Assembly (NCBI GenBank): GCA_030141605.1
Contig: JAQGDQ010000402.1
Location: forward strand, 147,514 to 211,513
Direction of reading: 5' to 3'
Length of the DNA stretch: 64,000 nt
Origin: Tubiluchus corallicola
Taxonomy: Eukaryota > Animalia > Priapulida
This document shows, piece by piece, positions 61,241-64,000 of the stretch. Position numbers and translations under genes: made by a program. The notes under the pieces are model-generated. The model was not told where the DNA came from. It saw only the letters and a program-made list of their open reading frames with translations, and made no database searches. Numbering within the stretch: position 1 is the stretch's first letter; each line of letters starts with the position of its first letter.

Positions 61241-62866
61241 TCACGTGTCATTCTGTCTCCAACCTGTCCCACTGCCTGTACATACGTCTGAACGTGCCTA
61301 AAATCCTTTTGTAGCCTCAATATGTCATCTCCCCAGGCTTACCCTTGATATTGCGGTAGGTTTTGGTCCTAGCTCAACCATTAGTTTAAAGTAGGCTGTC
61401 GTTTAATGTTGGATATTAGCTTACAATGCGCAACAAGTTACAAAAATAAGGTAAAACAATTTTTCTGTACTTGTACAGCCATTAAACCGGATTTACTGCA
61501 ACTTATATGGAAAATTTGCACATTCTTGAGTAGATTGGATGAACGTGAAAACAAGGAAAGTAGGTCTAATTTTAATGAAAGTTTTGTAACTTACATATTT
61601 ATTATTGTTAAATTGGACCACAAAGTACAGGCGGGAGTACACTGAGCACAAGAACTATTACAAAGAGAAAATGAATGACTGGGCGGGCTTAGCTGATTTG
61701 GGAGTGACATGCTGATATGATCTCAAAGCTTTCTGAAGCCAAAGCGGAAACTGGGATAAGCAACTGCATTAAAGATATCCTGGATAAAGCTTCCCGGCTT
61801 CTAACTTTTATCCTTTAATAGCAACTGTTTGTAGCACTTATGCTTCCTACTGAATGATTAGCTTCATACTGATGGTTCTAATTTCTAGAACTCGAACAAA
61901 CAAATAGAGCTATCGGTTTAGCAAATCTTTACTAGAACGAGGCCGGTACCAGAATGTTTGGTATAAAGGGTTACTGATGCTAAGATCCACGTGGTACAAC
62001 TGCAACGCACTAGGCAGTTCAAAATATATGAGCAACTGTCACAAAGTGCTGAAAGTAACAGGTATTGGAAGGTCTCGTGTGAGAATTATTAACGGTACTA
62101 TTAAGAAGGTTACAACAAATATTCAAGAAAATCTTTAGAAGCTGCTCGCAATTTAGTGCTTAACACAAACACGTTTTAAAATTGATCTTAGCATCAGTTT
62201 TTTTAATTATAAATTAAACCAATTACTAGATATCTGTTTGCGAGTGAACATGAAATTTGTGATAAGTAATAAAAGTGAATTGAAAAGTTCTTTGTTGATA
62301 ATTCAAAAGAAACATCATGAAAGTCAGTATGTTTTTATTACGCAAACTTAAAAGCTAAATTTTAACGTTAACAAACATGCATATTTTACATTTCGTGGTA
62401 ACTTCCCACGTTGTGTCTAACGTGGTAAACTCTCCTCGTGTAACCTCAATGTTGCGCACCTATCCACGTAGTGTGAGTTTGAATTTAGCTTTGCCACTAA
62501 TCAACTTCTGTCGCCTGCTTCTTTGTGTGCCAACTGTTGTTGATTTACACTAAGTTACGCTTCTGTAACTTTAAGACATAACTTGCTCTCAGACTCCTTT
62601 TAACCATGGCACTCCTACCTATCCAGTTTCACCACTGCCGAGTTTATGGCTTACCTAAACTGAGAATAATAATTACAACAGGATTTTTATTAGCTTGAGT
62701 ATATTGTTGCTTCCCAGTTTAGCATTTATTACAGTGCGGTCGCCTCTTTATTATGTAATATTTTGTTCACTAGTTGGGCATTTTTGTTGACAGCTTCCCG
62801 TTACTTAGCAACAGGTTGCTGTTCACCCTCCGAAATATCTACAAATCACAGGACGTCAGACCGCCA

Positions 62867-63218
62867 ATGGAACATGAAGGGTCCATAAAACAATTTCAGA
62901 ATAATTCTCTTTTTTTCGGTGATATGAGTAAATTTGAGACGTTGCCGAAGAATAGAAAGCGTTTGATCGAGCGTCAGCAAGCATGCACTTTATTAGATAT
63001 TCACTCAGCCAGACAGCCGATTGGCCATTTTGTCTGTACGTCAGTCAATCAGTCTCACAGGTTCCTGAGTTGCAAAGCAACAATTCTAGTAGCTAGTAAA
63101 ACTACTGAAGACATGAACCACCATAATCTGATTTTCCGCACCCCTGAAATGCCATATGTAGTAGTTCCCCTGGATATCACTGACTGCGAACCAACTGCCT
63201 TTACCGAAAGGTTATCGG
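62867..63218 (+). CDS. Candidate first coding exon of an unidentified gene continuing beyond the window
   Basis: Exon bounded by acceptor ttttgttcactag| (62773) and donor TCGG|gtaagc (63218, phase 1), and open throughout. ATG in good context (gccaATGG) at 62867. No domain recognised. Confidence 0.4.
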
Positions 63219-64000
63219 GTAAGCAGTACTTTTGTACGGGTCACACTGGTTGATATAGCAAGTAGCTGATCTAAGACTATAAGCAGTGAAGTCACCTGTT
63301 TGGCATTTAAATCATTTTAGTTCGTCTCAAGCTTTGCCAGTTTTTAGAAAAATACAGCGTTGCCTTTTTGCAGTCTGCTGTGGTTAAACGGAATTCTGCG
63401 GCGCGTTAGGAACTTGTTTTCTGTCTGCTATCATGACGTGTGTGAAAATTATGAGCTCAAGACTGGCTCTATGACTTTGTGTAACTAACATTATATAAGT
63501 GGTCATAGTAACACCTCCGGCTGTTGCGTGGTACTGAGAAGACTACGTAATCTGTGAAGGGTGGGGAAAGTTGGCGCCTTGGTTTTCTTTAACTATACAA
63601 GCCAAGGTTAATTGAAACAAATACGTTAATAATAATAATGTATTCAAAACTGTATAGATTACCTGAATATTTGTATGCAGTTGATTTTTTGTTCAGTATT
63701 TGGATGTCTAAATTAGAATTCAAGCAAGACGTCTAATGCAGCCAGTGTCATAAAATTGAAAAGCATGACAATTAGAAACTTGAGCCTTATCAGACGTATA
63801 GCAGTAATGTAGGTTTCCACGAGAAAATTTACGTGAACCTATTATACAATAAAATGTTAATTATTCCACGATAATGTAAGCCATAGTAAAGGGTGGATAA
63901 AAATTTTCGCCCTCACGCTGAATTTGAAGGAAAGTAGGAACACTCATGACCGACATCTTAATAATTTATATAATAAATAGGGTACCTCAGTGTAATCTTA

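Overview
AT-rich eukaryotic (animal) genomic DNA with GT-AG spliceosomal introns. There are no prokaryotic features. The protein similarity and compact AT-rich introns suggest an invertebrate chordate, most likely a tunicate (inference). The main feature is a complete + strand dystroglycan (DAG1) orthologue. Its seven coding exons (18280..18495, 29261..29725, 30087..30228, 30577..30755, 36089..36283, 36813..37007, 38175..39239) have compatible splice phases and join into an 818-aa protein. It departs from the vertebrate protein at three key sites: no T-P-T matriglycan site after the furin cut, Ala-Ser instead of Gly-Ser at the SEA autoproteolysis site, and no terminal PPxY dystrophin-binding motif. 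Its fourth coding intron contains an antisense nested two-exon gene for a basic 294-aa LRR protein (signal, LRRNT, LRRs, LRRCT, hydrophobic tail) and a decayed tandem paralogue of that gene. The non-coding DNA holds LINE remnants (RTE with TSD, L2/CR1 tails), a tRNA-SINE, MITE/Helentron-like pieces and microsatellites. It also holds at least five copies of a repeat whose head looks like a tRNA 5' half fused to the 5S rRNA internal control region, two of which form a ~730-bp inverted pair. A probable first coding exon of an unidentified gene lies near the window end. All homology calls were made by eye from remembered sequences; no searches were run.
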